From a virus (taxonomy: Duplodnaviria; Caudoviricetes), in the IMG/VR virus record IMGVR_UViG_3300023223_000317, positions 1 through 36,254 of that record: DNA of 36,254 nt. One strand, 5' to 3'. Both the position numbers and the translations under genes were made by a program. This document shows positions 6,143-16,128 of this stretch, one piece after another. How positions within the stretch are numbered: the first letter of the stretch is position 1; each line of letters opens with the position of its first letter. Under the pieces are notes generated by a model that was not told the origin of the DNA, made no database searches, and saw nothing but the letters and a program-made list of their open reading frames with translations.

Positions 6143-8365
6143 ATGGGAGTGATCAATAAAACGTCCACTCGACGACCTAAAATTCTATTTACAGCAAATG
6201 ATATTCAATCTTCTTCTGATGTTTTCAACGAAACGTTAGACGCATCAACAGTGGGTGGTGACCCCACAGTATCCACAATTGATTACAATAATACAGAAAT
6301 ACCCATTCCCGAACCCTTTAGAAAGCTTTATGGCGTTACGCAATTAATCAAGATAACAGTTGCCTCAAGTTCTACATCAACGCCGAGAGAGGCGGGTTTC
6401 GACTTCACTGGTTTTTCAATTGAAATGCCTAATGAACTAATCGATCAGTTTGGGTTTGTAGTTTATTCTCCACAACAACAGGGTGAAAATGGTAGCGGAT
6501 CACACTTACGTTATGGTATTCGCGCTTTTTTTGGTCAGAACACTACGCTGACTGCGCCATTTAGAGGATTTCAGGCGGCAAGAAATGACTTTGATGAGGA
6601 TGACGGCATAGGTACTTGTGGCTGGCAGGTTATCTCTTTCCATGAGTCTCAGTCTAATTTTGATTCGGGCGTTATTGACTGGGCAGACCCCTTTCAAATG
6701 TGCCGTATACGCTGTGAAGGGTTAGATACCCGTGATGGTTACGTGCCGGAAGTAGGAGAGACAGTAGAATTCTACATTGGCATGTTTTTCATGAATCAAC
6801 GCCAGGAAGCCGGATTTTTAGTTTCTGCCGATGATAATGATATTGAGCAGATGCACGGTGGATATCTAGGATTAAAAAATATTACATCTGTAACTCAGGG
6901 TGCAACTACAACAATCAACTTCCCCGATCATCCGTGGTCTAATGGCGATAAATTAAACTTCCGTATTGCTGGTGGAGGTATGACAGAGCTAGATGGTATT
7001 GGGCCTCTGACAATCTCAGGCGTAACTGCTACCTCTTTTGATATCGCCATTGATAGCACTTTATTCACTGCATTCACCACAGCAGTTAACAATTACGCTT
7101 ATACCGACCAAACAAACGGGACATTCTTTGGCCCTCATGCGGTTCATAATATCCCCCTTCAATTGTATGTAAATCCGGCTACCCTCGACGGTCAAGATGA
7201 AAACAAAATGACGTGGGATGATCTACGCTTCCTTGAAGCCGATGCTGGATGGCGGATATACAGTCATTTCGGATATTCAAGAACTACAGGGCGTCTGCCT
7301 TTTGCTGGACACCCTGATTTAACGCTATTAAACCCTGTTGATTTACAAGATGAGATTGATGGAACTAAAGCGGCATTCCAGGCTGAGGGGTTTAATAACG
7401 CCTTTCAGTTCTCTTCTTATCCTGAGGGGGCTCATAATGTCGATGTAATGGAAGCTCTTAGGGCTAACGGATATGTCACGGGATGGACAGTGACAGGGTC
7501 AGGCAATTGGCTTAAAAACTATCGGCTATTTCATTCAATGATGTACGGCGTTCAAGACCTAAACGGCTCAAGAGTCAATATTCAGGATGATTCCAGTGGG
7601 TCAGGAATTACAGAAGCTCTCATTCTTGCTCAGATAGATAGAGCCAAAGACTTTGGTGCGGTTGTTCACCTCTACTATCACGTTCCAGTAGACTTGACTC
7701 AGGAAACTACCGGCGCTCGGCAGATTTCATTAACTCAGCTAGATAATGTATTATCAGCATTGAGAACAGAATTAGATGCAAATCTAATGACTAATTATTC
7801 TGATCAGGAGCTATTTGCTGCTATGTCACAAACAACCGTTATCATTGGAAGTAATTTCGACGGCGGTACTAGCAGAACGCTTGTTGCTGATTCTGCTAGA
7901 TCGCACGCTAAATCATTAGCTTATACAGCATCGTCAGGCGATAAGATCACTGATTTGTTTTGTCATGTGAGAAATAATTCATCATCTGTTGATGCAAATG
8001 CAACCCTTTCATTGTACAAATTAGAATCTGGCGATATTACAGACCGTTTAGTTATGTCTAATTTTGTTATACCAGATACTACGGCAGAGCCTGACTTTCA
8101 GTTTTATACAGAATCTATTGATTGTAATTTAGAGACGGGTGTTCAATATATTGTTGTTCTCGAATCTGATGGCACATTATTGATATCTGATGATCTTGTA
8201 AGCGGTGAAGATTTGCAGATTAATTCTGGTGCTTCATGGCCGTTAAATTCAGACGATCCATTTACAGGTACAAATTCCACTAACGTCAATTATTCTATTG
8301 GTGGAACAGTCTTGCGAGGGGCTGGCGGTATAATGCGCCCCATCATGTCATCAATAACCTGCTAA
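6143..8365 (+). CDS. Large virion-associated protein with a polysaccharide deacetylase (CE4/NodB) domain
   Basis: Motifs VSADD, MTWDDLRFL...GWRIYSH, SYPEG and VHLYYH; inserted beta-rich module; beta-rich C-terminal domain. Confidence 0.75.
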   Translation: MGVINKTSTRRPKILFTANDIQSSSDVFNETLDASTVGGDPTVSTIDYNNTEIPIPEPFRKLYGVTQLIKITVASSSTSTPREAGFDFTGFSIEMPNELIDQFGFVVYSPQQQGENGSGSHLRYGIRAFFGQNTTLTAPFRGFQAARNDFDEDDGIGTCGWQVISFHESQSNFDSGVIDWADPFQMCRIRCEGLDTRDGYVPEVGETVEFYIGMFFMNQRQEAGFLVSADDNDIEQMHGGYLGLKNITSVTQGATTTINFPDHPWSNGDKLNFRIAGGGMTELDGIGPLTISGVTATSFDIAIDSTLFTAFTTAVNNYAYTDQTNGTFFGPHAVHNIPLQLYVNPATLDGQDENKMTWDDLRFLEADAGWRIYSHFGYSRTTGRLPFAGHPDLTLLNPVDLQDEIDGTKAAFQAEGFNNAFQFSSYPEGAHNVDVMEALRANGYVTGWTVTGSGNWLKNYRLFHSMMYGVQDLNGSRVNIQDDSSGSGITEALILAQIDRAKDFGAVVHLYYHVPVDLTQETTGARQISLTQLDNVLSALRTELDANLMTNYSDQELFAAMSQTTVIIGSNFDGGTSRTLVADSARSHAKSLAYTASSGDKITDLFCHVRNNSSSVDANATLSLYKLESGDITDRLVMSNFVIPDTTAEPDFQFYTESIDCNLETGVQYIVVLESDGTLLISDDLVSGEDLQINSGASWPLNSDDPFTGTNSTNVNYSIGGTVLRGAGGIMRPIMSSITC

Positions 8366-8375
8366 GGAGGATATA

Positions 8376-8507
8376 ATGCCAGTAAGCCCGACCAATAAGC
8401 CTAGAAATAAAAAACCTCCTGCAACTAGTGGTGCCGCTAAGGAAGAGGAAAAAAATAGAAAGATAATCGCTAAAATTAGATTGCTTTCAAAGAAGAGGGT
8501 TACATGA
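8376..8507 (+). CDS. Small basic protein (43 aa)
   Basis: Hand-translated MPVSPTNKPRNKK...; TAAGGAGG SD; ATGA overlap with the next gene. Confidence 0.65.
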   Translation: MPVSPTNKPRNKKPPATSGAAKEEEKNRKIIAKIRLLSKKRVT

Positions 8508-8968
8508 CGGTAAATCGATGGCTATGTGTATCTTTGATATTATTATTAACTTATTTATCAGGTCTTTTAATTCCTGAAAATGAGCGATGGTTTAATGCTG
8601 CAACCACAATGAGTTTTGTGAGCGTTTTTGTTATCTCCATGATATCAAATTCAGGATTGGCTATTTTATTGATAATTATAGAGATCACAGCGTTCTTTTT
8701 GATTGGAATAGCCGGATACCAGAAACCATATAACGGATTTGTATATACTAACTTAGGGGTTATAATTAATTCAATGGCGTTGGTACAAGCCGCTCTACTA
8801 GTGATTGGAGGACCGTGGCGTGGAATGGCTGACGCAATTAGACGAATATTTGACCATAAATGGCTGGACAATATTCTGGCTAATTCAAGGGCCGTTGTAT
8901 TTCGTTCAAGGGGTAGTTTGCCTATGGCGATTAGGTCAAATGATCAAGTCGAGGACGTTGAAGCGTGA
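8504..8968 (+). CDS. Multi-pass membrane protein
   Basis: About four hydrophobic segments. Confidence 0.75.
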   Translation: MTVNRWLCVSLILLLTYLSGLLIPENERWFNAATTMSFVSVFVISMISNSGLAILLIIIEITAFFLIGIAGYQKPYNGFVYTNLGVIINSMALVQAALLVIGGPWRGMADAIRRIFDHKWLDNILANSRAVVFRSRGSLPMAIRSNDQVEDVEA

Positions 8969-9249
8969 AAAGATTGACTGAGGCAATTACTGGCGTACCT
9001 GCTGCTGGTGCTGCTGGAGCGCCTTTGGCTAAAGGGGCTGAGTCGGCCCTGCCCGCGTATGAGCAGATACCCCAAATAGGCGACTACTTGATAACTCATG
9101 GCCCCTGGGTTTTGTCATGGGCTGAAGTGGCTAAGATAGCAGCATCTATTTATGTTATTCTATTATCATTAAAAATGTTGTGGATGGCAGGTCAAAAGGC
9201 CATTAAACTTACCAAGTGGATAAATAGCAAGATTAGAGTGGAGAAATAG
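8965..9249 (+). CDS. Single-TM membrane protein, holin-like
   Basis: One hydrophobic helix and a basic C-terminus; GAGGA SD. Confidence 0.55.
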   Translation: MKRLTEAITGVPAAGAAGAPLAKGAESALPAYEQIPQIGDYLITHGPWVLSWAEVAKIAASIYVILLSLKMLWMAGQKAIKLTKWINSKIRVEK

Positions 9250-9250
9250 G

Positions 9251-9529
9251 ATGGCAATTGCATTACTAAAAGACGCGCTTACTGGTACAACGCCTACCGA
9301 GCAAGTGGCTGTCCAAGTTGGCAATTTCACAGTCGCTATAACGGGCATATTTACAGGCTCGATTGTTCTTAAACGAAGATTACAAAATGGTGATGAGGAT
9401 GAGGTTGTGGCTACATATACCACCGCAGACCCACTTGATCGCAACGGATTCCAAGCTTCACCGGATTCAAGATATTTCTTTGATCCTAATATCTCATCTG
9501 GAGCGGCTAACGTATTACTGGAGCAATAA
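9251..9529 (+). CDS. Small beta-rich putative virion protein
   Basis: V.ITGIFTGSIVLKRR pattern; translational coupling with neighbours. Confidence 0.7.
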   Translation: MAIALLKDALTGTTPTEQVAVQVGNFTVAITGIFTGSIVLKRRLQNGDEDEVVATYTTADPLDRNGFQASPDSRYFFDPNISSGAANVLLEQ

Positions 9530-10044
9530 TGACTTCCTCTCAGTTTGGTGGAGCAAATGTAGAATTCTTGCAGAATCAGATAGAAAATGGCCGTGTCTTT
9601 GAATCTTCATCGATTATTACCGGCGTTGCAAATGGTGGAGGCATAGCGGAATGGGTTATCCAAACAAATGGACGGCCTATATTACTGCAAAGCGCATCTT
9701 TAAGGACTAATGGCAATGAGATGACACTCACGCCATTTTTTGGAACAACATTCACTGGCGGCACTATATTGTTATCCGTTAATAGAAATGGATTATCAAC
9801 AAATACAGCAAAAGCCAAATTAATCGAATCTCCAACAGTGACAGATGAAGGATTACCATTTCCTCCCATTTACCTTCCAGGCTCAGAAACGGTGGGCCAG
9901 AACGCAATGGGAACTCTATCTGATGATGAGGTTATTCGCATACTGCCACCAAATACAAACGCATTAGTCAGAATGACCAATAATGGCGTAACAGCGTCAG
10001 CAACAATAGCTTTCTTTCTAACCTGGATCGAATTGGTGGGCTAA
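9529..10044 (+). CDS. Putative virion protein
   Basis: Beta-rich, ends in LTWIEL; TAATG coupling. Confidence 0.7.
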   Translation: MTSSQFGGANVEFLQNQIENGRVFESSSIITGVANGGGIAEWVIQTNGRPILLQSASLRTNGNEMTLTPFFGTTFTGGTILLSVNRNGLSTNTAKAKLIESPTVTDEGLPFPPIYLPGSETVGQNAMGTLSDDEVIRILPPNTNALVRMTNNGVTASATIAFFLTWIELVG

Positions 10045-10191
10045 ATGGCAAGGCATCCTGGATCACATAGACCGACCAAAGCGAAGAACCGCTTATTGTC
10101 GGCCAAGATCAAAAAGGTTAGGGCAGAAGGTGTAAAGCCAAAGCAAGCAGTAGCCATCGCAATCAGTAAGACTAAACGCAAGACATCCTGA
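10045..10191 (+). CDS. Small basic protein with KQAVAIA motif
   Basis: Hand-translated MARHPGSH...EGVKPKQAVAIAISK; motif common in small proteins near packaging genes. Confidence 0.7.
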   Translation: MARHPGSHRPTKAKNRLLSAKIKKVRAEGVKPKQAVAIAISKTKRKTS

Positions 10192-10200
10192 GGGGGATCA

Positions 10201-10578
10201 ATGGCAGAAGCAGGAAGAAAAACACTCTACACCGACGAGCTGAATGAAAAGGCCAAAGAGTATGTAGAGAACTATGAAGAATACAACCACCCGCTACCTA
10301 GTGTTGTGGGAATGGCTGTTGTGTTAAAGGTAGCAAAATCAACGCTTTACCAATGGGCAGAAGACAATAGAGGCGATATTTCCGACACGTTAGAGTTTTG
10401 TAACGACTATCAGCACATGGAGTTGCTCCATAAAGGCCTTAAAAACGAGTTCAATCCAACAATAACAAAGCTTGCTCTAGCCAATCACGGGTACCACGAC
10501 AAACAAGATCTAGATGTTAGTGGCGAACTGGGTATAGCCGAACGAATCCAACGAGCTAGAACCCGTGAGCAAGACTGA
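10201..10578 (+). CDS. terS: Terminase small subunit (P22 gp3-like DNA-packaging protein)
   Basis: AGRKTLYT...PSVVGMA..L.V.KSTLYQW...NPTITKL.LANHGY; directly upstream of TerL. Confidence 0.88.
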   Translation: MAEAGRKTLYTDELNEKAKEYVENYEEYNHPLPSVVGMAVVLKVAKSTLYQWAEDNRGDISDTLEFCNDYQHMELLHKGLKNEFNPTITKLALANHGYHDKQDLDVSGELGIAERIQRARTREQD

Positions 10579-12031
10579 TGATCTATTAGCCGATAAGATG
10601 GCTACATTCTATGATGATCCGCTAGGCTTTGTGCTATTTGCTTATGACTGGGACCACGGCGACTTAAAAGGCTTTCATGGCCCCGATGTATGGCAGAGGG
10701 ACTACTTAGTTAATCTAGGCAACGCTATCAAGGATCGAGGTTTCAATGGTGTTGATCCGGTAGCTCCCATCCAGATAGCTACATCATCCGGTCACGGCAT
10801 AGGTAAGAGCGCCCTCACTGCCTGGTTATGCAACTTCCTCATGTCTACCAGGCCATTCTGCAAGGGTGTGGTGACTGCCAATACATCCCCTCAACTGCGC
10901 ACAAAGACCTGGGCTGAAATTCAAAAGTGGACGAAGCGATGTATAACGTGTGATTGGTTCAATATAACCGCCGGTCAACACATGTCGTTAAGCCACAAGC
11001 AACACCCTGAGAGCTGGCGAATCGATGCTCAGACCTGCGCCAAAGAGAATTCAGAGTCATTTGCTGGCTTACATGCGGCAAGCTCTACGCCTTTCTACAT
11101 CTTCGACGAGGCTAGTGCTGTTGATAACTCAATATGGGAAGTGTCGGAGGGCGGTCTGACTGATGGCGAGCCGATGTGGTTTGTGTTCGGTAATCCAACC
11201 AGGTCGAGCGGCACATTCTTTGAGGCGTTCAATCGGCAGAAGCATCGCTGGACAACCAACAGAATAGACTCCAGAACGGCAGCAATGACTAACAAGGTCA
11301 AAATACAGGAGTGGGTTGATGATTACGGCGAAGATTCAGATTTTGTGCGTGTACGGGTCAAGGGTGAGTTTCCACGTTCCGGTTCATGTCAGTTTATTTC
11401 AACTGAGGATGTAAACAACTGCATTGAATACAAGTCTATGGGGCATCATGAGCTTCCTATTGTGATTGGTGTCGATGTAGCGCGGTTCGGTGATGATCAG
11501 TCCATTATCTGTATACGCCAAGGCCGCAAGGTATGGCCGTTGCAGAAGTTCAGAGGCTTAGATACTATGTCCTTGGCCCATAAAGTGGCTGAATCCATTG
11601 ATCTGTATAACCCTGATGGCGTATTTATTGATGGTGGTGGCGTTGGCGGGGGTGTCATTGACCGGCTAACACAGCTTAATTACAAGGTGACTGAAGTTCA
11701 GTTTGGCGGCTCACCCAATGACAAGTCCAAATACAGAAACAAAAGGGCTGAAATGTGGGGTGATATGAAAGCCGGTATCGTTGCCGGTGTTGATCTACCT
11801 GATGATATAGATTTAAAGTCTGCATTGACTGCAGTTGAATACGGTTACAATGATAAGGATCAAATTCAGCTCGAGAAGAAAGATGACATGAAGAAGCGAG
11901 GACTGGCTTCACCGGACGAAGGCGATGGCGTTGGTTTAACTTATGCTTTCAAGATACCCGAGCGGTCACAGAAGTATAGCCGTAACAGACAAACACAAAC
12001 TAAGGTGGTTGATTATGATCCGTTCGGCTAA
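10565..12031 (+). CDS. terL: Terminase large subunit
   Basis: Walker A SGHGIGKS, Walker B IFDEAS, coupling motif GNPT, nuclease IGVDVARFGDD and SPDEGD. Confidence 0.97.
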   Translation: MSKTDDLLADKMATFYDDPLGFVLFAYDWDHGDLKGFHGPDVWQRDYLVNLGNAIKDRGFNGVDPVAPIQIATSSGHGIGKSALTAWLCNFLMSTRPFCKGVVTANTSPQLRTKTWAEIQKWTKRCITCDWFNITAGQHMSLSHKQHPESWRIDAQTCAKENSESFAGLHAASSTPFYIFDEASAVDNSIWEVSEGGLTDGEPMWFVFGNPTRSSGTFFEAFNRQKHRWTTNRIDSRTAAMTNKVKIQEWVDDYGEDSDFVRVRVKGEFPRSGSCQFISTEDVNNCIEYKSMGHHELPIVIGVDVARFGDDQSIICIRQGRKVWPLQKFRGLDTMSLAHKVAESIDLYNPDGVFIDGGGVGGGVIDRLTQLNYKVTEVQFGGSPNDKSKYRNKRAEMWGDMKAGIVAGVDLPDDIDLKSALTAVEYGYNDKDQIQLEKKDDMKKRGLASPDEGDGVGLTYAFKIPERSQKYSRNRQTQTKVVDYDPFG

Positions 12032-12452
12032 TGAGCAAGATGTTATCGAAATGATTGTCATGGGCAAGGCTATGCACCAGGAGTCAAGCTATCGTGATAT
12101 AGAGTTTAGTTCGGCTGTATTTGAACATACCTTGCTTACTTGCATCCAGGAAGACGAAGCGCTGGTCATGGTAGATGAGCATGAAGGCGAATTGCGTGGA
12201 ATGTTCGTAGGGTTTTACCAGCATCATTTCTTTTCAACCAAGACCGTAGCCTCAGATTTGTTGCTCTATGTTAAACCTGAGCTAAGGAGTGGTAGAATAG
12301 GCTATAATCTGGCGAAGGCTTATACTGATTGGGGTGAGTCTGTGGCCGATGATGTGCAAGTTGGTATTACAACCGGTGTAAATGAGAAGGGGACGCAGCG
12401 TCTTTATGAGGCGTTAGGCTATAAGCAATGTGGAATTATTCTCAAGAGGTGA
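12015..12452 (+). CDS. GNAT-family acetyltransferase
   Basis: MIRSANEQD...LYVKPELRSGRIG...RLYEALGY; start revised from 11943 (AAGGTGG SD before ATG 12015). Confidence 0.85.
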   Translation: MIRSANEQDVIEMIVMGKAMHQESSYRDIEFSSAVFEHTLLTCIQEDEALVMVDEHEGELRGMFVGFYQHHFFSTKTVASDLLLYVKPELRSGRIGYNLAKAYTDWGESVADDVQVGITTGVNEKGTQRLYEALGYKQCGIILKR

Positions 12453-12455
12453 GAT

Positions 12456-12749
12456 ATGTGCGGTAAAGCTTTGAAAAAGATAGTAAAAGTAGGCGCTGCT
12501 CTTGTTAGCCCTCTTGGTGCTGCGGTAGCTTTTGGAGGCGAGGCCTTATTAAAAGGGTTAAAAGCGCCTGCATTACCAGGCATTCCAGAAACTCCAAGCG
12601 TTGATGTAGCAACCGAAACTGCGAAAGCTGGGTTACTTCAAAAGCGCAGACGTAGATTATCAGCAGGTCGAGCCAGTACATTATTAGCTGGTCGTAATCA
12701 ATTAGAACCAGCCGAAGAACAAGGCCGTAAACGTCTATTAGGGGCATAG
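12456..12749 (+). CDS. Small pre-portal virion assembly protein
   Basis: MC start, RRRR..GRASTLL and terminal LLG typical of the gene before the head-tail connector in such podoviruses. Confidence 0.75.
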   Translation: MCGKALKKIVKVGAALVSPLGAAVAFGGEALLKGLKAPALPGIPETPSVDVATETAKAGLLQKRRRRLSAGRASTLLAGRNQLEPAEEQGRKRLLGA

Positions 12750-12750
12750 C

Positions 12751-13296
12751 ATGGTAGATACAGCACGTACAAAGGCGGACCTACAGGCCAATCTATTCCA
12801 AGATGGTCAGGTTGACGGCGCTATAACTGAGCAGGACATGCGGGATTTAATTGAATCTATGCATTTGCCGATGGGAACAATTACCATTGCAACACCTGCT
12901 GCAACGACCATCGCCGTGCAGGGGACATTTGTTAAGGCTGCGGGGACTACGGTGCTTGCTCCTACCGCTCATAAAACCACAATGCCAGCTAATAATAGAT
13001 TGCAGATAGATTCAGGGTTTGATATCGGCGGAACAATTATAATTACAGCTTCTTTTACCTGTGCATCAAACAATCAAATAATCTCGTTTAAAGCCGCTGT
13101 CAATGGGGTTGTTGTGGACGAGTCTGAAGTAAACTCAAAGATTGGAACTGGGGCTGATGTTCAGGCTGTTCCGCTATCAGGGACGGTAAGTATAAGTGAC
13201 GGAGACCAAGTGGAGCTGTGGGTAACCAATAAATCAGGCACGGCGAGTCCGACAGTTGAAACCATGACCTTAAACTTTCAAGGGGCGTTTAAATGA
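12751..13296 (+). CDS. Putative virion appendage or decoration protein (helical N-terminal anchor plus C1q/TNF-like beta domain)
   Basis: RTKADLQ...GAITEQDMRDLIES N-terminus; VSISDGDQVELWV C-terminus. Confidence 0.6.
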   Translation: MVDTARTKADLQANLFQDGQVDGAITEQDMRDLIESMHLPMGTITIATPAATTIAVQGTFVKAAGTTVLAPTAHKTTMPANNRLQIDSGFDIGGTIIITASFTCASNNQIISFKAAVNGVVVDESEVNSKIGTGADVQAVPLSGTVSISDGDQVELWVTNKSGTASPTVETMTLNFQGAFK

Positions 13297-14861
13297 GCGC
13301 CACTGAGGTAGTCACCCAGTATGACCAACTAAAGTCTGACCGGGGTGTGTGGGAGAGTCACTGGCAGGAAATCTCTGACCAAATCTATCCTCGACGTTCT
13401 GACTTTCAGACAAAGCGCGCCGATGGTGAGAAGCGCATGACCAGAGTGTTTGACAGTTCACCTATTCTGTCTAACGAATTGCTTGCCTCTGGCCTGTTAT
13501 CTTTACTGGTTAGCCCGGCCTCTAAGTGGTTTGGCATGCCTTTAAACCTACCCGAAGATCAGCAGCGCTGGATTGCTGGTGTTGTCGATATTATGTTCGA
13601 TGAGATCAATGTTTCTGACGCTGGCTTCTACACAGCGATGCACGAAGCCTTTTTGGAATACGGATCATTTGGCACTACCGGGATATTCATTACTGACCGT
13701 GATGGCGATGGTATCCGGTTCCAGTCGCGTCCACTGTCTGAGTTGGTTGTTGCTGAGAATGATAAGGGCTTGATCGATACAGTCCTGCGTAAGTTTCAAT
13801 GGACCGTGAAGCAAGTCATTGATCGTTGGCCTGATAGTGCCTCCAGTGACGTGAAGAAACGTTTTGCTGATGGCAAATTAACTGACAAAATCTTTATTAT
13901 CCACAAGATTGCACCGCGTAGCGATAGGAAGCAGGGCAAGAAAACACGTAATAACCTGCCTATTCAATCGGTTTATGTCGAAGCAGCAACGAAAAAGATC
14001 CTTGAAGATGGTGGCTTCGAAGAGTGGCCTATCCCTGTAGGGCGCTTTTATAAGTCTCCTATGGAGGTTTATGGCCGTTCGCCTGGTATGACCGCACTGC
14101 CTGATGTGAAGATGCTCAATGAGATCATGAAAACCACTATCAAGGCGGCTCAGAAGTCTGTTGATCCCCCTATTGCCGTTGCGAATGATGGATTCCTTAA
14201 CCCTATTCGCACAGTTCCAGGTGGAGTGAATGTATTTGATGGACAGATTGAACCTGGGAAGTTGTTTGCTCAGCTGCCGTCTGCCAATCCAGGCATCGGT
14301 TTAGACTTTGTTACCATGCTTCAAGATAAGATTCGCTCTATCTTCTTTGTGGATCAGCTTCAGTTCGCTGGCGGGCCTCAAATGACCGCCACAGAGGTTA
14401 TACAGCGTCAGGAAGAGAAACTTAGGCTGATGGGTCCAATCCTCGGCAGGGCACAAACAGAGCTATTAGGGCCGATTCTTGACCGTGTGTTTGGTATATT
14501 GATGCGCCAGGGTAAGTTTGAGCAGCCCCCTGAAGATTTGGCAGCGTTTGAGTTTACTTATACATCGCCATTATCACAGGCACAGAGGCAGCAGGAAGCT
14601 ACAGGCTTCTTGCGGGCTGTTGAAGTAATGACGCCTTTATTGCAGTTACAACCTAACCTGCTAATTGATAATATCAACGGCGATGAAACAATGAGGGATA
14701 CGCTGAAGATGTTCGGCTTTGACCCTAATAAGCTATCAGATGAAGATGACCGGGACCAGATAAGAGAATTACAGGCAGAGAATGCCCAATTGCAACAAAC
14801 GGTTGCCAATGTTCAAGCAGGAGCAGAGGCAGGTAAAGCAGTAAACGAAGCACAACAGTGA
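13293..14861 (+). CDS. Portal (head-to-tail connector)
   Basis: WESHWQEI, EVYGRSPG, MTATEV..RQEEKLR.MGP motifs; 522 aa. Confidence 0.95.
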   Translation: MSATEVVTQYDQLKSDRGVWESHWQEISDQIYPRRSDFQTKRADGEKRMTRVFDSSPILSNELLASGLLSLLVSPASKWFGMPLNLPEDQQRWIAGVVDIMFDEINVSDAGFYTAMHEAFLEYGSFGTTGIFITDRDGDGIRFQSRPLSELVVAENDKGLIDTVLRKFQWTVKQVIDRWPDSASSDVKKRFADGKLTDKIFIIHKIAPRSDRKQGKKTRNNLPIQSVYVEAATKKILEDGGFEEWPIPVGRFYKSPMEVYGRSPGMTALPDVKMLNEIMKTTIKAAQKSVDPPIAVANDGFLNPIRTVPGGVNVFDGQIEPGKLFAQLPSANPGIGLDFVTMLQDKIRSIFFVDQLQFAGGPQMTATEVIQRQEEKLRLMGPILGRAQTELLGPILDRVFGILMRQGKFEQPPEDLAAFEFTYTSPLSQAQRQQEATGFLRAVEVMTPLLQLQPNLLIDNINGDETMRDTLKMFGFDPNKLSDEDDRDQIRELQAENAQLQQTVANVQAGAEAGKAVNEAQQ

Positions 14862-14868
14862 GGAAATT

Positions 14869-15084
14869 ATGAAGGGGATTATCCATACAGAAGTTCTATG
14901 TGGCGAATGCAAGCGTTTAATGTCGTGGCATGAGAACAATCAAATCTACTGTAACAACCTGAAATGCAAGGAGCGCGGTGTTAAATACCATGCACCGATG
15001 GTTGAGCTTGTCTCTACTGTGGCTAAAAAGGAGGTAAAGCTACGTGGCAGACCAACGAAGCGAAGCAAAGCAGCTCAAGAGTGA
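14869..15084 (+). CDS. Small zinc-ribbon protein
   Basis: CGEC...CNNLKC; GAGGA SD. Confidence 0.65.
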   Translation: MKGIIHTEVLCGECKRLMSWHENNQIYCNNLKCKERGVKYHAPMVELVSTVAKKEVKLRGRPTKRSKAAQE

Positions 15085-15298
15085 TTATCAGGCGGCTTTC
15101 ACCGGCAAGGAAGGAAGGCGGTGCCTTGAGGACATACTAAAGTATTGCCATGTCCTTGAGCCGTTGAATGGCGCAGTTGATACTAATAGCATTATCTTGC
15201 GAGAAGGCAGGCGTGATGTGGCTTTAACCATATTGCAGAAATTAAACTGGAACGAGAAAGACTTTTTAAACTTGACCGAAGGGGTTGAACATGAGTGA
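15044..15298 (+). CDS. Bbp19-like protein between portal and scaffold
   Basis: DYQAAFTGKEGRRCLEDI...REGRRDV..IL; GGAGG SD. Confidence 0.8.
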   Translation: MADQRSEAKQLKSDYQAAFTGKEGRRCLEDILKYCHVLEPLNGAVDTNSIILREGRRDVALTILQKLNWNEKDFLNLTEGVEHE

Positions 15299-16124
15299 AG
15301 AAGCAGCAGTACAGGAAGAAGCAGCGGAGCCAGCAGCAGCGCCGGCGGCAGCAGCACAGGCTCCGGCTGAATCAGGCAATTGGTACGACTCTCTACCCGA
15401 TACCATGCGAGAAGATCCCAACATTACCAAGTTCTCAAGCGTAGAGACTATGGCTAGCTCTTGGTTGAATGCCCAACAGATGATTGGCCGGGACAAAATC
15501 CCTATGCCGGTGACTGATGATGATTGGTCTGATGTGTATACCCGCCTTGGTAAACCTGAATCAGCCGAGTTATACCAGATTGCAGCGCCTGAAGGCATTG
15601 AGATTGATGATGTTCGCCAGGGTGCATTCAAAGAAATGGCGCATAATGCTGGCTTTAATCAAGGTCAGATGGAAAAGGCGTCTGAGTTTTATTTCAATAT
15701 GCTGGCCGAGGACAGTAAAGCGTCTAATGATGCTATTGAGTCTCATCTAGCGGAAACCTCTACAGCGCTGAAAGCTGAGTGGGGTGAGAAGTTTGACCAC
15801 AACTTGGCTGTGTCTGAGCGTGTTATCGATGAGTTCGGCGGTGATGATTTCCGTGAGTTCATGACTTTGGATGTGAGCGAGCTTCCGAAAGGGACGCAGC
15901 TCAATAACATCCCTCAAGTCATTAAGATGCTGGCGGCTGTTGGCAACGGGATGATCGAGGACAACAAGCTTGAAGGCTTGGCTCCGTCCGGTCAGACACC
16001 CGCAGAGATGGAAGACGAGCGTAATAGTTTGATGGCACATCCTGCCTATACGGATAAACGGCACCCTGAGCACGCCGCTGTACTGAAGAAGGTCACTGCA
16101 TTGTTTGATAAGCAATTTGCATAA
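15291..16124 (+). CDS. Capsid scaffolding protein
   Basis: Acidic, Ala-rich N-terminus, LKAEWG motif, position before capsid; ATG 15291 preferred over 15285. Confidence 0.85.
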   Translation: MSEEAAVQEEAAEPAAAPAAAAQAPAESGNWYDSLPDTMREDPNITKFSSVETMASSWLNAQQMIGRDKIPMPVTDDDWSDVYTRLGKPESAELYQIAAPEGIEIDDVRQGAFKEMAHNAGFNQGQMEKASEFYFNMLAEDSKASNDAIESHLAETSTALKAEWGEKFDHNLAVSERVIDEFGGDDFREFMTLDVSELPKGTQLNNIPQVIKMLAAVGNGMIEDNKLEGLAPSGQTPAEMEDERNSLMAHPAYTDKRHPEHAAVLKKVTALFDKQFA

Positions 16125-16128
16125 ACTA

